Of a stretch of DNA of 64,000 bases, positions 1 to 11,844 are shown one piece after another. The notes under the pieces were generated by a model, which searched no databases, was not told the origin of the DNA, and saw nothing but the letters and a program-made list of their open reading frames with translations. This DNA comes from Zancudomyces culisetae HAW-14-8 (Eukaryota > Fungi > Kickxellomycota): the NCBI GenBank assembly GCA_052426225.1, contig JBNJNM010000009.1:186001-250000 (forward strand), read 5' to 3'. Position 1 is the first letter of the stretch, and each line of letters begins with the position of its first letter. The position numbers and the translations under genes were made by a program.

Positions 1-849
1 CCTACATACTTTTTATCAAATTAAGTGACCGAGTTTGTCAGCAATACTCTGGCTACGTCCACTTATACAGTTTAATCTTCATACCGTTAAATAATATTTA
101 TCACCATTTAACACTATCAATACAATGGTACCCTCTATACTACTTTAGTAAACATTTAGCTAAATATTTATTTCCCTTATTTCGTAAACTTCTTGTAGCT
201 CCACTGATAAGTCTATTCTTGAACGTTTTTATTATATTTCTTTATATTATTATCGATGCCCGTGTTCTACTTAGCGGTTAGTTCTACTCTGAATTGTACA
301 TGTCCTACCTTGCTCACCATCACAACTTCAATTCATTGTTATCTTCAACTTTTGACAAACTAGCGTATTAAACCACTGTAGTATAATGATACAGTTTAAT
401 ATAGTGAATCAAGTTGTGGGAATGGTATGATTCTTTGATTTCTCTGAGGTATCTGACTCATCTAGTATATCTTTTTGTTGTAGTTTGTAAAATGAGTAGT
501 GTACAACCATAATGATTGTTCGATGACTGGTAAAATATTATTATCTATTACCACTTAAAAAAAATCCTAAAACCCTAATCTTAGCGCGTAAATCTTTCAT
601 GGTTTAAAGTTATATTTAATTGTTTAAATGTGGCCAATTACTGAATTTTGTGTAAGAGCTGGTGAATTACTAAATTGTCTACCCAAATCTAACGTGTATG
701 AGGCTCTTTTTAAAGTTGGGACAAAAATAAACACAAAAATTAAATAGGATTGTTTTTTTAACTGTTTTAACATTTTTCAATGAAATAAATATTGCAAACC
801 TAAATCATAGCATCATAAAGTAAACCCAATCGAGAAAAAAAGAGTAAAA

Positions 850-2478
850 ATGCCCATAGATAGCCGACCGGATTGTTATTTTTTTATGAATTCTAATTGT
901 ATAAAGGGAAATCTATGTCAATTTCGGCACAACGAAAAGGCCAAAACCAGTAAAGAAGTATGCCAAGAATGGAGAACTACCAGGGTTTGCAATACACCAG
1001 GATGCGAGAGTAGACATTCTGCGTACGGGACCACAAACACGATTGGAACTACAGATAAGAGGAATAAAGGGGATATATTTTGTTATTGGGAAAAGAATGG
1101 AGGATGTCTAAATCCTGGATGCGAGTATAAGCATATATACCCACGAAATCAAAACGGGGCGCCGATCGCCATTGCAGAAAAAACTGCAACTACGGAAACT
1201 GCTCTTGATAAACAATCATTAAGTGGGAGTCTTGGTACAAACAAAATTGCTAGTACAAAACTAGATTTTGCACAAAAAGATAAAGTGATAAACCCGCTAT
1301 CGAATATTAACCCCAAGATGAATGTTACAAACATCAACAATCTAAATATCAAATCCAAATTGGATGTAGAAAACAAATCAGCAGTGCTAGAACCTAATAA
1401 AAACGTTATGGAGATTTTTGAAAGCCGACTGAAAGCGAGACTGATGAGCAACAGACCAAAGGTATCTGGCAGCATCGGACCCATTACGGAGGGTTCTATG
1501 TTTAAACCAAGTGGCAGTATTGCATCTGCTTTTAATAATACTGAAAATTCCACCAGTGCTAAAAAGGTCTTTGATGCCACCAGTCACGGCAATTTACTAG
1601 AATCCACCTCTAGTATCACTAATAACAATAGTAATGACAGAATTAGTGCCAAAATGGCTGACAGAAATATTCCTAACGCTGGAAGCGCTCCAGTATTGCA
1701 CAAGTCAACTGTATTTGGCCAGTACTCGGCTTCAGCAAAACACAGTTTCATTCCAACACCCAAAAATTTTGAAAAAACTAATCCAACGATCACTCTGAGT
1801 GGCACCGACACAAGTACCAGCATTGGTAAAAGTAGTATTGCTGGCAATAATAATATAGCCAACACAGCAATTAACGCGCAAAGCAAGCCAGGGTTTGAGA
1901 AAGCAGACGAGAAAAACAAAAAACAACCAATGATAAAAGTAAAAACACTCGCAGAGATTCTGGAAGAAAAACGCAAAAGGAAATCCGAAAGCGAAAGCTG
2001 TTTAACACCAGAAGAGCCGATTGTAAGCGCATCCGATAAAACCGACAACGATACCTTAGACAAAAACATCAAGGATGATAGCAATTCTAGCCATATTCGC
2101 AGTATGCATACCAGTAGCGAGACTGGTAAGGTCACCAGTACAAACACCACACCGCCTAGAAAACCCACTGTAAACGAGTTCGCTACGCCAGGTCGCAGCC
2201 CGCCAAAGGATTCTAGTAGTTTACCCAACGAAACTTGTGGGAATTTCGACATGTATTTTTTTCCTGAACCGATAAGCACCCCTAAAAACACATTCATTTC
2301 AACCAAGACAAACGGAAACACAACACCAACAACATTTGCTCATGACAGTAGTTATCAACAGCGAGACATTTTTGCTTCGCCAATTTTAGTGTTGAAGGAC
2401 AAAACCCTGATCGCATTAGAGGATGAATGTGATATTAACCGGAAAAAGGTGCGGCTATCATTAGATTATTACATGTGA
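850..2478 (+). CDS. CCCH zinc-finger protein (ZC3H11A-like N-terminus, low-complexity tail)
   Basis: 542-aa ORF with three N-terminal CCCH fingers (CYFFMNSNCIKGNLCQFRH; CQEW..C..PGC..RH; CYWE..GGCLNPGC.YKH) and a 'IKVKTLAEILEEKRKR' motif. Confidence 0.8.
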   Translation: MPIDSRPDCYFFMNSNCIKGNLCQFRHNEKAKTSKEVCQEWRTTRVCNTPGCESRHSAYGTTNTIGTTDKRNKGDIFCYWEKNGGCLNPGCEYKHIYPRNQNGAPIAIAEKTATTETALDKQSLSGSLGTNKIASTKLDFAQKDKVINPLSNINPKMNVTNINNLNIKSKLDVENKSAVLEPNKNVMEIFESRLKARLMSNRPKVSGSIGPITEGSMFKPSGSIASAFNNTENSTSAKKVFDATSHGNLLESTSSITNNNSNDRISAKMADRNIPNAGSAPVLHKSTVFGQYSASAKHSFIPTPKNFEKTNPTITLSGTDTSTSIGKSSIAGNNNIANTAINAQSKPGFEKADEKNKKQPMIKVKTLAEILEEKRKRKSESESCLTPEEPIVSASDKTDNDTLDKNIKDDSNSSHIRSMHTSSETGKVTSTNTTPPRKPTVNEFATPGRSPPKDSSSLPNETCGNFDMYFFPEPISTPKNTFISTKTNGNTTPTTFAHDSSYQQRDIFASPILVLKDKTLIALEDECDINRKKVRLSLDYYM

Positions 2479-2988
2479 TTTTGTAAGCGTGGTCTCTATT
2501 CCCTGCTTTTTATGGCGTAGTAATTGTGGTGCATTGATTGTATTGACGTAGCCGATACCGCATGACAACAGTTTTTCTTTTTCAAGAAAAAGCGAATCTA
2601 AATATCGAGAAAAGGTACAAGGATGATGAGAAAGTTATACCTAGCGACGGGGTATCGTAAAGATAGTATTCTTGTGTAATATTAGTGTATATTACAGATC
2701 GAAGATGGATCGATGTGTTTTATTTTTCCATAGAATCAATTGTAAATATAAAGAATTCAAAAAGTTATCTATGTATTTGACTAGTCGCACTTTTTTTGTC
2801 TAGTATTCTCTATTATTGTTAACCAAAAATTAAACACACATTTTCAGTAAAGAAAGTATTACCAACAAAAAAAACCACACTAACCAACAGGTATTAGATA
2901 ATTTTTGCCAAGAATATTATTCTAAAACAGTGATGATATAAAAGAAAGAAAACGCGAGTGCTCCTCGTAGAACTAGTCAGTGAGTGAT

Positions 2989-3026
2989 TGAGTGAGTGAG
3001 TGAGTGAGTGAGTGAGTGAGTGAGTG
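2989..3026. repeat. (TGAG)n microsatellite
   Basis: About 9 tandem TGAG units read directly. Confidence 0.9.
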
Positions 3027-3511
3027 CAGGATCGAAGATAGGATATATATATTGGAAAATTTTATGCCAATCATATAGTTTTTCTGAGGCTTATGAGCAT
3101 GGCCAAAACAAAATCAGAAGCGAAATCGGTAATGATATCCGTCAGTTAGTAACTTTTTTTCACAAAAGTTGCTGCCTATTCCTCGATTATGCTGTATTTA
3201 TTTCTTGGGAGAGGGGGAGGAGGAAATAGCTGGTTTGAAGAAAAAATTTTTTTTTTCTGAATTCTTATTTGCTCCGTTATAGAAGCACCATAAATATTCG
3301 AAAGATTGATTAGGTTCCCAAATCAAAGAATTAAAAAAAAACGGTACTCCCCTTACTCTTTATTCACTCCACTAAAAAAAGATAATCTTTTACTTGTAAA
3401 TTAACATATTATTTTTTTTTACAGATCAATCAAGTGTGGGCAGTAAAAATAATATATAATAAATATTCCATAGTAAATATAGACAGATAAATATACTATA
3501 AAAAATACAAA

Positions 3512-3931
3512 ATGGTGAAAATCAGAGAACTTGAGGATGATTACGAAACCGATCCAGAATACATCACCGACAATGACGAAACAGAGAGCCAGTACGACAA
3601 TGACGAGTATGATATCGATGATGAATACGATGATATTGACACTGCCAACGAATCCCTAGTTGATCGGATCATTGCGCTCCAAGATGCAATTCCATACTCC
3701 ACACGAACCAAGCTCCAATCCTTTGTCGGAACCACCAGTAGTGTGTTAAGTAACATCATGTACTATTCAGGACAATTGGCTTGGGTTGTTTCGACCGCAG
3801 CGTTGCTAGTAGTTTTCCCTCTGGCGTTGGAGGCCGACAAGGAGCAAGTTATGGTGCAATACGAAAAGGAACAGGAGATGCTTCAACAGCAACAACAGCA
3901 ATTGCAACAACAACAACAAGGACAACAGTAA
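3512..3931 (+). CDS. TOM22: Mitochondrial import receptor Tom22
   Basis: Acidic N-terminus, 'NESLVDRIIALQDAIP', TM segment 'GQLAWVVSTAALLVVFPLAL', polyQ tail. Confidence 0.92.
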   Translation: MVKIRELEDDYETDPEYITDNDETESQYDNDEYDIDDEYDDIDTANESLVDRIIALQDAIPYSTRTKLQSFVGTTSSVLSNIMYYSGQLAWVVSTAALLVVFPLALEADKEQVMVQYEKEQEMLQQQQQQLQQQQQGQQ

Positions 3932-5894
3932 TAGGTAGTAGTAGCAGTAGTAGTAGTAGCTATTGCTACAATTTGAATGAATAATTATGTGTTGGTTTTA
4001 GACCGAAAGTACCAAAATAAAATAAAATAATATAGTTAATACGTAATTGTGGGTTGAAAAGAAATTGGAATGGTAGAGTAAATATTTTTGATCGATTTGT
4101 TGTTTTGTTCTGTTTTGTTTTTTGATGACATATCTTTGTTTTTATGCTTTTTTTTTAATTTGGTTATAATTCGGGTCAGATGGTTTTGTCTAGTAATAAA
4201 TAGACACAGCTTACTTTTTAAAAGAAGTATAAGCAGGAAGATAGGCATCAAGTAATTGCCAAATCAAACCAAATCACGTTTATTACATATTTATTTACTA
4301 TAAATATCAGTGGCGGTGATGGTTAGGGGGGGGGGGGGGGGGTAACAAATAGCCCTTATTTTATGATTCATAACTAAATAAGCAAAGTAGATAGGCACCA
4401 GCTTTGGTATTTGAAATGGTGGTGTTGAAGGAAAAAGCAAGGTAAAGGAGATGGGGAGGGATGGGTACAGCAATATCATGTGTGTGCATGGAGTTAAAAC
4501 GTCAGGAATTCGATTAAAACTATAGTTATACACGAGCAGAGTGAGGCGAACTGTTCAGTCATACATTTTTGTCAGTATTTAAATGTATAAAGAAATTCTT
4601 ATGTATTTATATGTTGATAAAGTCAAACTAAAACAAAGAGAAAAATCAGAAAAATAAAAGGTAGTGTAAATAGTGGACAAGTAGGTTCTAATGTACCGGA
4701 AATTGCAGCACGAAAGTGAATACATGTTTGATGGGTAGTAAAGGGGAGGGAGAGGGAGAGGGAGAGGGAGAGGGAGAGAGGCATTTACATGTATACATAT
4801 ATTCAAGCTCAAAACTAGCTTGATCTATGGCAATAATGTAACTTTGACTGCGGATCAGCGTATATTTACAAACATAATCTACATAATGTTCTCTTTTTTT
4901 TCGAATTAATGATCAGATAGGTTCAGTGAGAACCACAGTGGCTTCATTCCAATAACATAATAAATTGAGGGCAAGTTATATCAAAAACTCTAAAGCGGGG
5001 GAAGATAATGAGCTTAGTGATGCGAATCACCTGATCCTCGGTATTACACACTATTTTGGTTAGCAAGGTCAATATTAGTGCTCATCTAGCTATTTTTTTC
5101 TTTTGTTTATTGTTGAGAACATTTCTACTCTGTATTAATTTGTATTGAATAATAATCAGTAGCAGGACGATTATTTTAACCTTGATACTATCCTATTCTA
5201 GAATTAAAAAAAAATTGATGTTTCATGTGCATAAGACATAAAACACGATTGTTTATATTCTTATTTTTATTTTTTGTGCAAGTGATTACAAGGCAAAGAA
5301 ATCAGCCAACAAAAAACGAGTAAAACCACAATTAAAAATCACGTTGAGAAAACTAATGCAAAAAGCTTGGAGTAAAGGTCCTGTAAAAGTTTCCAGTAAA
5401 AAAAAGGTGAAAATGTGATTATCAAACCAATTAGATAAACAATTAAACAATTTTATATTTGAACTCTGAAAAAAAAAACCAGTTTTTTCAAATGCTTGCT
5501 AGGTCTAACAATAAAACCGCAGGAAAAAAAAAGGGGGGAGGTGAGGTGGGGAAGGGGGGGGAGAGGAAGCAGAGGAAAAGTATGGGTGGTTGGCAGTGAG
5601 TAATTAGAAAAAAAACTCGTAATAAAACCATTGAAATTAAAATGGTCTAACCATTTTTTATAAAGCGCAAAAGATACGATAATAAAATAAAAGGCAATGA
5701 ACCTTCTTTGAGGAACAAAAAGGGAAAATAGATATTTTGTACAAAAAATTGAACGACTTTTCTATCAACAAAAAGCATCAACGGTTGCAGCCTGACACAA
5801 CTTGGTTACTTTGCGTTTTTAATCTTTTTTTTTCCAGATTCTAATCTGTAGCGAACCATCATAGCGACAAGATAAAAAAAGAAAAGATAATGAA

Positions 5895-7067
5895 ATGAGT
5901 CAGACCGTTCGACAAGATATAGTAGATTCAGCAGTACGATTCCTTGTGGATCCCAAAGTACAAACAGCCTCGCTGGCCAAACAGATTTCGTTTTTGGAAA
6001 CTAAAGGGCTAAGCAGTGTAGAAATTGACGAAGCATTGAAACGATCCAAAGTCATCACACCAAGCGCAAATGATAGCAGTGCTATTGGCAGTGATGGGAG
6101 TATTGTAAATGTAAATGCAGGCAATGATGGTACTTTGAGTCAACAGGAGAATGGAGGAGCACTAGTGGGTGTGGGGGGTAGTGGAGGACAACAACAACAA
6201 CAAGCGCATTACCATAACCAGTATGGCAGTACTATGCCAGTTGGGGTCAAACCAATTGCGCCACCACGGCCACAATACTCGTGGAAGGATTATTTCATAG
6301 CAGCGGTAATGGCAGGAGGGTTAGGGTATGGAATATACGAGCTGATAATAAAGCGATTGCTAATACCATATTTATACAGCCGCAGGGTTAAGCAAGAGGA
6401 GCGGGAGGAACTTATTCGAGAAAATAATCGATTGACAGGGCAGTTGATAGAACGAATTGAGAAGCTTGAGCACAAGATAGAAGATGTGCAAAGTAATACA
6501 AAGGGACAAATGGATGAGATAAAGCAGGAACTTATCGGACAGGTTGCCAACAAGGCTACAGAGGGAGAAAAGGATAGGGAAATGTATGAAAAAGAGCGAC
6601 AAGAGTTTGAAAAGATGTTAGAGAAAAGTATTCCCGATTTGATTGAAGGTAAGATGAAGGAGCATAGCGGAAAAACCAACAACAAGATTTCAGATCTGCA
6701 GTCGGAAATCCGTAGCTTGAAGGTACTGATGCTGAGCAAGCGGGTTCCACCATCATCTACGCAACAGTCACCATCGCCATCACCGTCACCGATGGCAATG
6801 CCGATGCCGATACCATCGCAAGTACTGCAGCCAACGATAACACCAGTGGGATCAAGTGGAACAGTAGCAGGGCCAGAGCTGGTACCAAGCAATGGAAAGG
6901 AGAGGGAAAGAGTAGAGGAAGAGAGCAAACAAGAAGAGATCAAGCAAGAAGAGATCAAGCAAGAAGAAATCAAGCAGGAAGAGATCAAACAAGAGGAAAG
7001 TAAGCAAGAAGAAAAGGAAAATGAGGGTACGAGTAGTGGGATTCCAGCATGGCAATTAAATAATTAG
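5895..7067 (+). CDS. PEX14: Peroxisomal membrane anchor Pex14
   Basis: Pex14_N motif (RQDIVDSAVRFL.DPKV...FLETKGL...EIDEAL), 'SWKDYFIAAV' segment, coiled coil, C-terminal 'IPAWQL'. Confidence 0.93.
   Translation: MSQTVRQDIVDSAVRFLVDPKVQTASLAKQISFLETKGLSSVEIDEALKRSKVITPSANDSSAIGSDGSIVNVNAGNDGTLSQQENGGALVGVGGSGGQQQQQAHYHNQYGSTMPVGVKPIAPPRPQYSWKDYFIAAVMAGGLGYGIYELIIKRLLIPYLYSRRVKQEEREELIRENNRLTGQLIERIEKLEHKIEDVQSNTKGQMDEIKQELIGQVANKATEGEKDREMYEKERQEFEKMLEKSIPDLIEGKMKEHSGKTNNKISDLQSEIRSLKVLMLSKRVPPSSTQQSPSPSPSPMAMPMPIPSQVLQPTITPVGSSGTVAGPELVPSNGKERERVEEESKQEEIKQEEIKQEEIKQEEIKQEESKQEEKENEGTSSGIPAWQLNN
6917..7012 (+). repeat. 15-bp coding tandem repeat (KQEEI/S x about 6) in PEX14
   Basis: aagcaagaagagatc-type units; protein EEESKQEEIKQEEIKQEEIKQEEIKQEESKQEE. 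Confidence 0.85.
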
Positions 7068-7133
7068 TTAGTTAAAGAATACAAATTAATAAAGTATACT
7101 AGTAAGAGAAAAGAGGGAGGGAAAGAAAAAAGC

Positions 7134-8498
7134 TTAAAAAGTGTTCTTGATAATATGTTTTTCACGTTCATTTTTAAAGGAAAAGTCTTTAGAATGTTTT
7201 GCAACATTTTCCTGCTTGCGTTTTTGAGATTCAAGAATAGTTTGTTTGAGGGATCTGGCAGAGCGGATATATTTGGGAATGGCAGTTGGGTGTTGTTTAG
7301 CAATACGGCTGATTTCAGGCAGGTGCGAGTATTTGGAGCGCAGTGCCTGGGAGTACTCGAGAGCCGAGCGTTGGCGGTAAGAGACAGCCGAGTCTGCACG
7401 GTCGGAGGCGTGGGAACGCCAAAGCCGTACGTTGCCATCGTCGCTGCCTGAGAGGATGTATCGGGAATCCAGCGAAAACATGGCGGCAAAGACGTGCTGC
7501 ATACGTTTGGAGTGGTACATATCGCGGCTGTGTCCGGTTGATGTCGAAAAGATGCGGACTGTTTTGTCGTAGCTGGCAGTGACTAGCTCGCGGCCAGTTG
7601 GCGCATAGTCGATGTCCAGCACTGACCCTACATGATCCTTCAACACGTTTTTGCTGTGTTTTGTGTTACGCATATCAAAAATATACGCATTGTGATCTTC
7701 GCTGCCCACTGCAAACGTAAATGGCTCCATTGGATTCCAGCTCATTGCATTGGCCTTCAGCGCCATTGTGATCTTGACCACTGCCATGTTTGTTCGGATG
7801 TCGTATAGTGTAATACTGCGGTCCGAGCTTGCACAACTACCTAGCACATTGGCTTCACTCATGTTGAACTTCACCCGTGTAATTGTGCCTTCACCGCTCT
7901 CATTGTGTCGAATACTAGACACCGGCTTCGACCTGTTCACATCGTATATGTATATCTTGCTGTTACAACTGGCAAACTGCTTGCCATTTGCATGTGTGTC
8001 AATACTCATGTGTCCCTCACCATTTTCGCTAGCATAGTATCTCTCTTCCTGCCGTATCACTTTCTCGCCCTCGTTTTTCCACAGCTTGATTTTGCTATCC
8101 ACCCCACTGCAGCTCAACATTTTGCTCTCGTCCACCACAACTATTCCCCCTATCATTCCTGAATGCGCCCGTTCTATCCGGTATTCTTCTGCCTGGTTGC
8201 TTAACGACCAGCTCTTGATACTCCCATCACCACTACCGCTAAGCGCCCGATCTATATTCCGGCCCAACTTGTCCTTGCTCAACACATATACCCCGTCCAG
8301 GTGCCCGTCCCCAAGACTGGCCAAGAATGGTTTAGCAAACATCTTTTCCAACTTCACTGCCCGCATAGTGCGCACGTACTCGCGTGCCTTCTCAAACTTA
8401 TGTAGTTGTGGATCTACATTTCGTCGCACTTTCTGGATATCTCCCACCCGCTCTCTCACTTCGTCGTTGCTGCTTTTGCTTATTACTTTTACTTTCAT
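7134..8498 (-). CDS. SOF1: U3 snoRNP WD40 protein Sof1/DCAF13
   Basis: 'MKVKVIS', 'FEKAREYVR..AVKLEKMFAKPF', WD repeats, 'SRDMYHSKRMQHVF', 'LSGSDDGNVRLW'. Confidence 0.95.
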   Translation of the reverse strand: MKVKVISKSSNDEVRERVGDIQKVRRNVDPQLHKFEKAREYVRTMRAVKLEKMFAKPFLASLGDGHLDGVYVLSKDKLGRNIDRALSGSGDGSIKSWSLSNQAEEYRIERAHSGMIGGIVVVDESKMLSCSGVDSKIKLWKNEGEKVIRQEERYYASENGEGHMSIDTHANGKQFASCNSKIYIYDVNRSKPVSSIRHNESGEGTITRVKFNMSEANVLGSCASSDRSITLYDIRTNMAVVKITMALKANAMSWNPMEPFTFAVGSEDHNAYIFDMRNTKHSKNVLKDHVGSVLDIDYAPTGRELVTASYDKTVRIFSTSTGHSRDMYHSKRMQHVFAAMFSLDSRYILSGSDDGNVRLWRSHASDRADSAVSYRQRSALEYSQALRSKYSHLPEISRIAKQHPTAIPKYIRSARSLKQTILESQKRKQENVAKHSKDFSFKNEREKHIIKNTF

Positions 8499-8920
8499 TT
8501 TATCTATTTACAAGTGTATTTATGTTGTCACCCCTTTCTTTTTTTTTTGTTCCTTTGTATATGATATTTGTACAGCGATTAAATCCTTTCTTTATCCTCC
8601 TTTTCTTTTTTCTTTATCCTCCTTTTCTCTATTCTTTATTCTAAATGTCCAATTCTATTTCTCTAATTCAAACCCTTTTCTATAAACTTTTTCTTTTTCT
8701 TTATACTTGCCAAATTATACCATTGTAATCATCGGGAATTTTTATGGAAAAAAAAAATTTTTTTTTTCCTTCAATATGGTTGTAAATTATAATCGATTTC
8801 TAAATCGACAGATTATTTAGCTCTAACAAATATTGCCTAAACCAGAAAATGAACTTCACAAAAGCAAAAGCAAAGAAAAAGAACAAGAACGAAAACAAAA
8901 AAAAAAGTATAAACAAATCT

Positions 8921-11452
8921 CTACCTTCCTATATACTCCCACGTTCTATGCTTCACCCCCCTAATCATCCGATTGTTGGTTCTTATGTTACTATTTTGCT
9001 CAACTTGCTGACACACTTGCCTCCACAATTGCTCCCTACTAAATCCTCCATAAATTTCGCCAGTTCCACCCTTGCCATTAACATTTCCCAGTGGCATCAG
9101 CTCATCACGTACCTGCAATACACTACAATACGCATCTTCCTCTCCATTTTTTGCCGTTGATTTAAGTTGATCTACTACTTTCTCCACCAGTTCAGCTACT
9201 TTGGCTCTCTCCTTGCTTTGTCGTTCATACTTGTATTTAGCATAGAAACTCAGCAATACCACTAGAGTAGCCGTGATGATCTTGTATAGGTGCATGTTCA
9301 TAATACAATAAAATGTTACTTTGGATTTTCGAGACATAATCCAAATCGACTGCGCTTGTGCAGAACCCTGGCCGCCTCCATCATTCGAAAATTCACGTGA
9401 TAGTATAGCGGTTTGAGGAGGTAAAACTATTCGTGAGATTTCTATTGCATTGTTGATTCTGTTATTATTGATCCGTTCAATAGCCAGCCGAAACACCACA
9501 TCGAATCGATCTCCACTAGCTTTTCCAGAGTTGTAAACATGTCCATACTTCTCGAAGATGAGTGCTTTGAGGTCTTTGTAAAGTAATCCGTATCTATACA
9601 TTTCAACTGCCTTTTTATTGTTGCTTGTTTGCACCAGTTGCATTAGTTTCATTCTTTTCTCCTCCATTTCCTTACTGCTCTGTATACCTGAACCAACATT
9701 CGCACCGTAGCCACATTCTATTTGCCCTCGATACTCTTTCAAATACTCCACTATATTTCCTGCAAGCTCGCTTGCTGCTTTGGACATCCGGGTATCTCGA
9801 ACACACTTGGGTAGTATGGGATAAAATTGAGTCGACAACTCACTATTCTTCACCAAGTAACCATCTCGACACTCAAACACTGCCTGTCCCCCACCTTTTG
9901 AAGATAGAGCCGGAGCAAAGCATTTGGTGTTATCTACAACCATGCATTTATACGGAACCGAATGCTTCAAATCCGCACTGCATTTGTATGCATTTTCGGG
10001 ACACTTTAACATATTTTCTCTGCCCATTACTATCATACTCAATAACATCCGGTTCTTTATATTCCCACTCCTAAACAAACTTGTACCATTAACCGTCCCA
10101 AATTGTCCATCGTCTTTACCCCTTTCTGTTTCTCGGAAGTCTATAGTAAACTTGGCATTTCTTCTAACACTTGCCGCAATTGTTGTTAGTATCACTGTAA
10201 TTACAACCATTCTGACAATCCGCTGTTTGATACTATAACCGTTGCTTACTTGAGCCTTCTCTTTCTCTTTCTCTTTCTCTTTTGCTTCAACCTTTTCACT
10301 TTGAATTCTGTTTGTTTTGCCGAATATCCAGTTTATACTTTTTCTGAATAAATTCTCCTTTACCTTTTTCACACATACCGCTGTAGCCTCACTTTTTTGC
10401 TTTCGGCTATCATCTACCATCACTATAGAGTTTCCACCACCACCCCCACCTCCACCACTACCTCCACCACTACCTCTACCACTACCACTACCACCATTAT
10501 CGCGGGTATCATCCACATCGTTTCCATTTGTCACTACCCTTTCTTTTATGTCTAAAGTCTGACCACTGTCGTTTCCTAAAGTATTCTCGTAATACCGGTG
10601 CCTTGCAACCTCACCGTCATTATTACCTCGATCATGGCGTGCTACTGGCTGTCGTAGAACCTCCGTTTGCTCCAGTTTCTCCTGAAGTCTTCTAATTTTC
10701 TGATCTTTTTCTTTACTTGCATTTTCGTAATACTCTATTAATTCGGTCACACCCCTTTTCCCCCCTCTTGGTGAAATATCATCACTACCCCTCTCTTTTT
10801 GCTCTTTTTCCTCCCTTTGCCTTTCCTTTTCCTTTTCTCTTTTTATCTCCTTGCCTGTGATTTTTACCCGTCTCTTTTCCCGCAAACCCACTACATCCAC
10901 AGGGCGCATACCTTTAGCTTTCTGTTTACCCGCACGAATCTTTTTGATTTCCTCTCCTTTTATTATCAACCCTGACCCTCCACCATCAATACCTCCTCTT
11001 GCCCCTTTACCTTTCTTTGTGATCTTTGACATTTTTGCTTTTACGTCCTTTTTCCGCCGGCTTCTCTTCTCTTTACCTTTTTCCAGCTCGCTCTTTTTGT
11101 CTTCATCTCTTTTCTTTAGATTTTTCTTTTTCCTGGGCGTATTATCCTCGTTCTTTCCAGCCTCATGTTCCACTATACTTTCATATTTTCTCTTTCGATC
11201 GTTAACTCTAACTATAATTCCATTTTCTATCCTGGCCCCACCACTACCACTGCCACTACCACTACCACTGCCACTGCCACTGTCAGCCTTAAGCTCCTCT
11301 GAAAACAAAGGAACTCCTCCAATTTGTGTTGCAAGATCTACCTCTATGCTCTCCTTCACCCGACCCCGCACTCCGCCTCGTTCCTCTGAATCAACTTCCA
11401 TGTCAACCATCTCTTCGCCTTTGCTTTCTTTTTTTTTACCATGCGTCCTCAT
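8921..11452 (-). CDS. Inner nuclear membrane protein with Man1-Src1p C-terminal domain
   Basis: Basic disordered N-terminus, two TM segments flanking a Cys-containing luminal domain (CPENA..C), C-terminal 'W.QV.QQVEQNSNIR......G.....WEYIG'. No N-terminal LEM/HeH domain visible. Confidence 0.8.
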   Translation of the reverse strand: MRTHGKKKESKGEEMVDMEVDSEERGGVRGRVKESIEVDLATQIGGVPLFSEELKADSGSGSGSGSGSGSGGARIENGIIVRVNDRKRKYESIVEHEAGKNEDNTPRKKKNLKKRDEDKKSELEKGKEKRSRRKKDVKAKMSKITKKGKGARGGIDGGGSGLIIKGEEIKKIRAGKQKAKGMRPVDVVGLREKRRVKITGKEIKREKEKERQREEKEQKERGSDDISPRGGKRGVTELIEYYENASKEKDQKIRRLQEKLEQTEVLRQPVARHDRGNNDGEVARHRYYENTLGNDSGQTLDIKERVVTNGNDVDDTRDNGGSGSGRGSGGGSGGGGGGGGNSIVMVDDSRKQKSEATAVCVKKVKENLFRKSINWIFGKTNRIQSEKVEAKEKEKEKEKAQVSNGYSIKQRIVRMVVITVILTTIAASVRRNAKFTIDFRETERGKDDGQFGTVNGTSLFRSGNIKNRMLLSMIVMGRENMLKCPENAYKCSADLKHSVPYKCMVVDNTKCFAPALSSKGGGQAVFECRDGYLVKNSELSTQFYPILPKCVRDTRMSKAASELAGNIVEYLKEYRGQIECGYGANVGSGIQSSKEMEEKRMKLMQLVQTSNNKKAVEMYRYGLLYKDLKALIFEKYGHVYNSGKASGDRFDVVFRLAIERINNNRINNAIEISRIVLPPQTAILSREFSNDGGGQGSAQAQSIWIMSRKSKVTFYCIMNMHLYKIITATLVVLLSFYAKYKYERQSKERAKVAELVEKVVDQLKSTAKNGEEDAYCSVLQVRDELMPLGNVNGKGGTGEIYGGFSREQLWRQVCQQVEQNSNIRTNNRMIRGVKHRTWEYIGR

Positions 11453-11844
11453 TTTTCCAGTTGGTTTGTTAAATGTAGTATTCTTCTATAAATTACACAA
11501 TTTTTTTTGATCTACCAAATATCTACTTGCCAAAAAAATATTGTTCTACAAGTCATAATTTATCGTTTGAGTGCCGCTTTTGATATTTACCCTTTGAATA
11601 TATAATTAATTGCTATGTTGTTTTCATTTTTTATTTCATATTTAGTAATCATATTGAAAACCACCAGTATTTCAACCAGGTTGTTTATTTATTTTTTTCC
11701 ATTTGGACGCTAATTTTTAGATGTTTGTTAGCCACAACCTCAATCGCGTTTTTTCAAATTTACCATTTCAAAATCAGAAAACTACTAATCTCATTTATCG
11801 CAAAAAAAAAAAAGCAAACAAAAAAACAAGCAGTAAACATCTAA

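Noticed and set aside
560-585. Telomere-like CCCTAA
   Set aside because: Single unit, not tandem.
1149-2321. Long antisense ORFs over the CCCH gene (likewise over PEX14, SOF1, SRC1-like, MMSDH, the pol genes and MET17)
   Set aside because: Shadow frames of real genes with no recognisable motifs.
4326-4780. Poly-G and (GGGAGA)n tracts as a regulatory G-quadruplex
   Set aside because: Simple repeats within a generally G-skewed region; no independent support.
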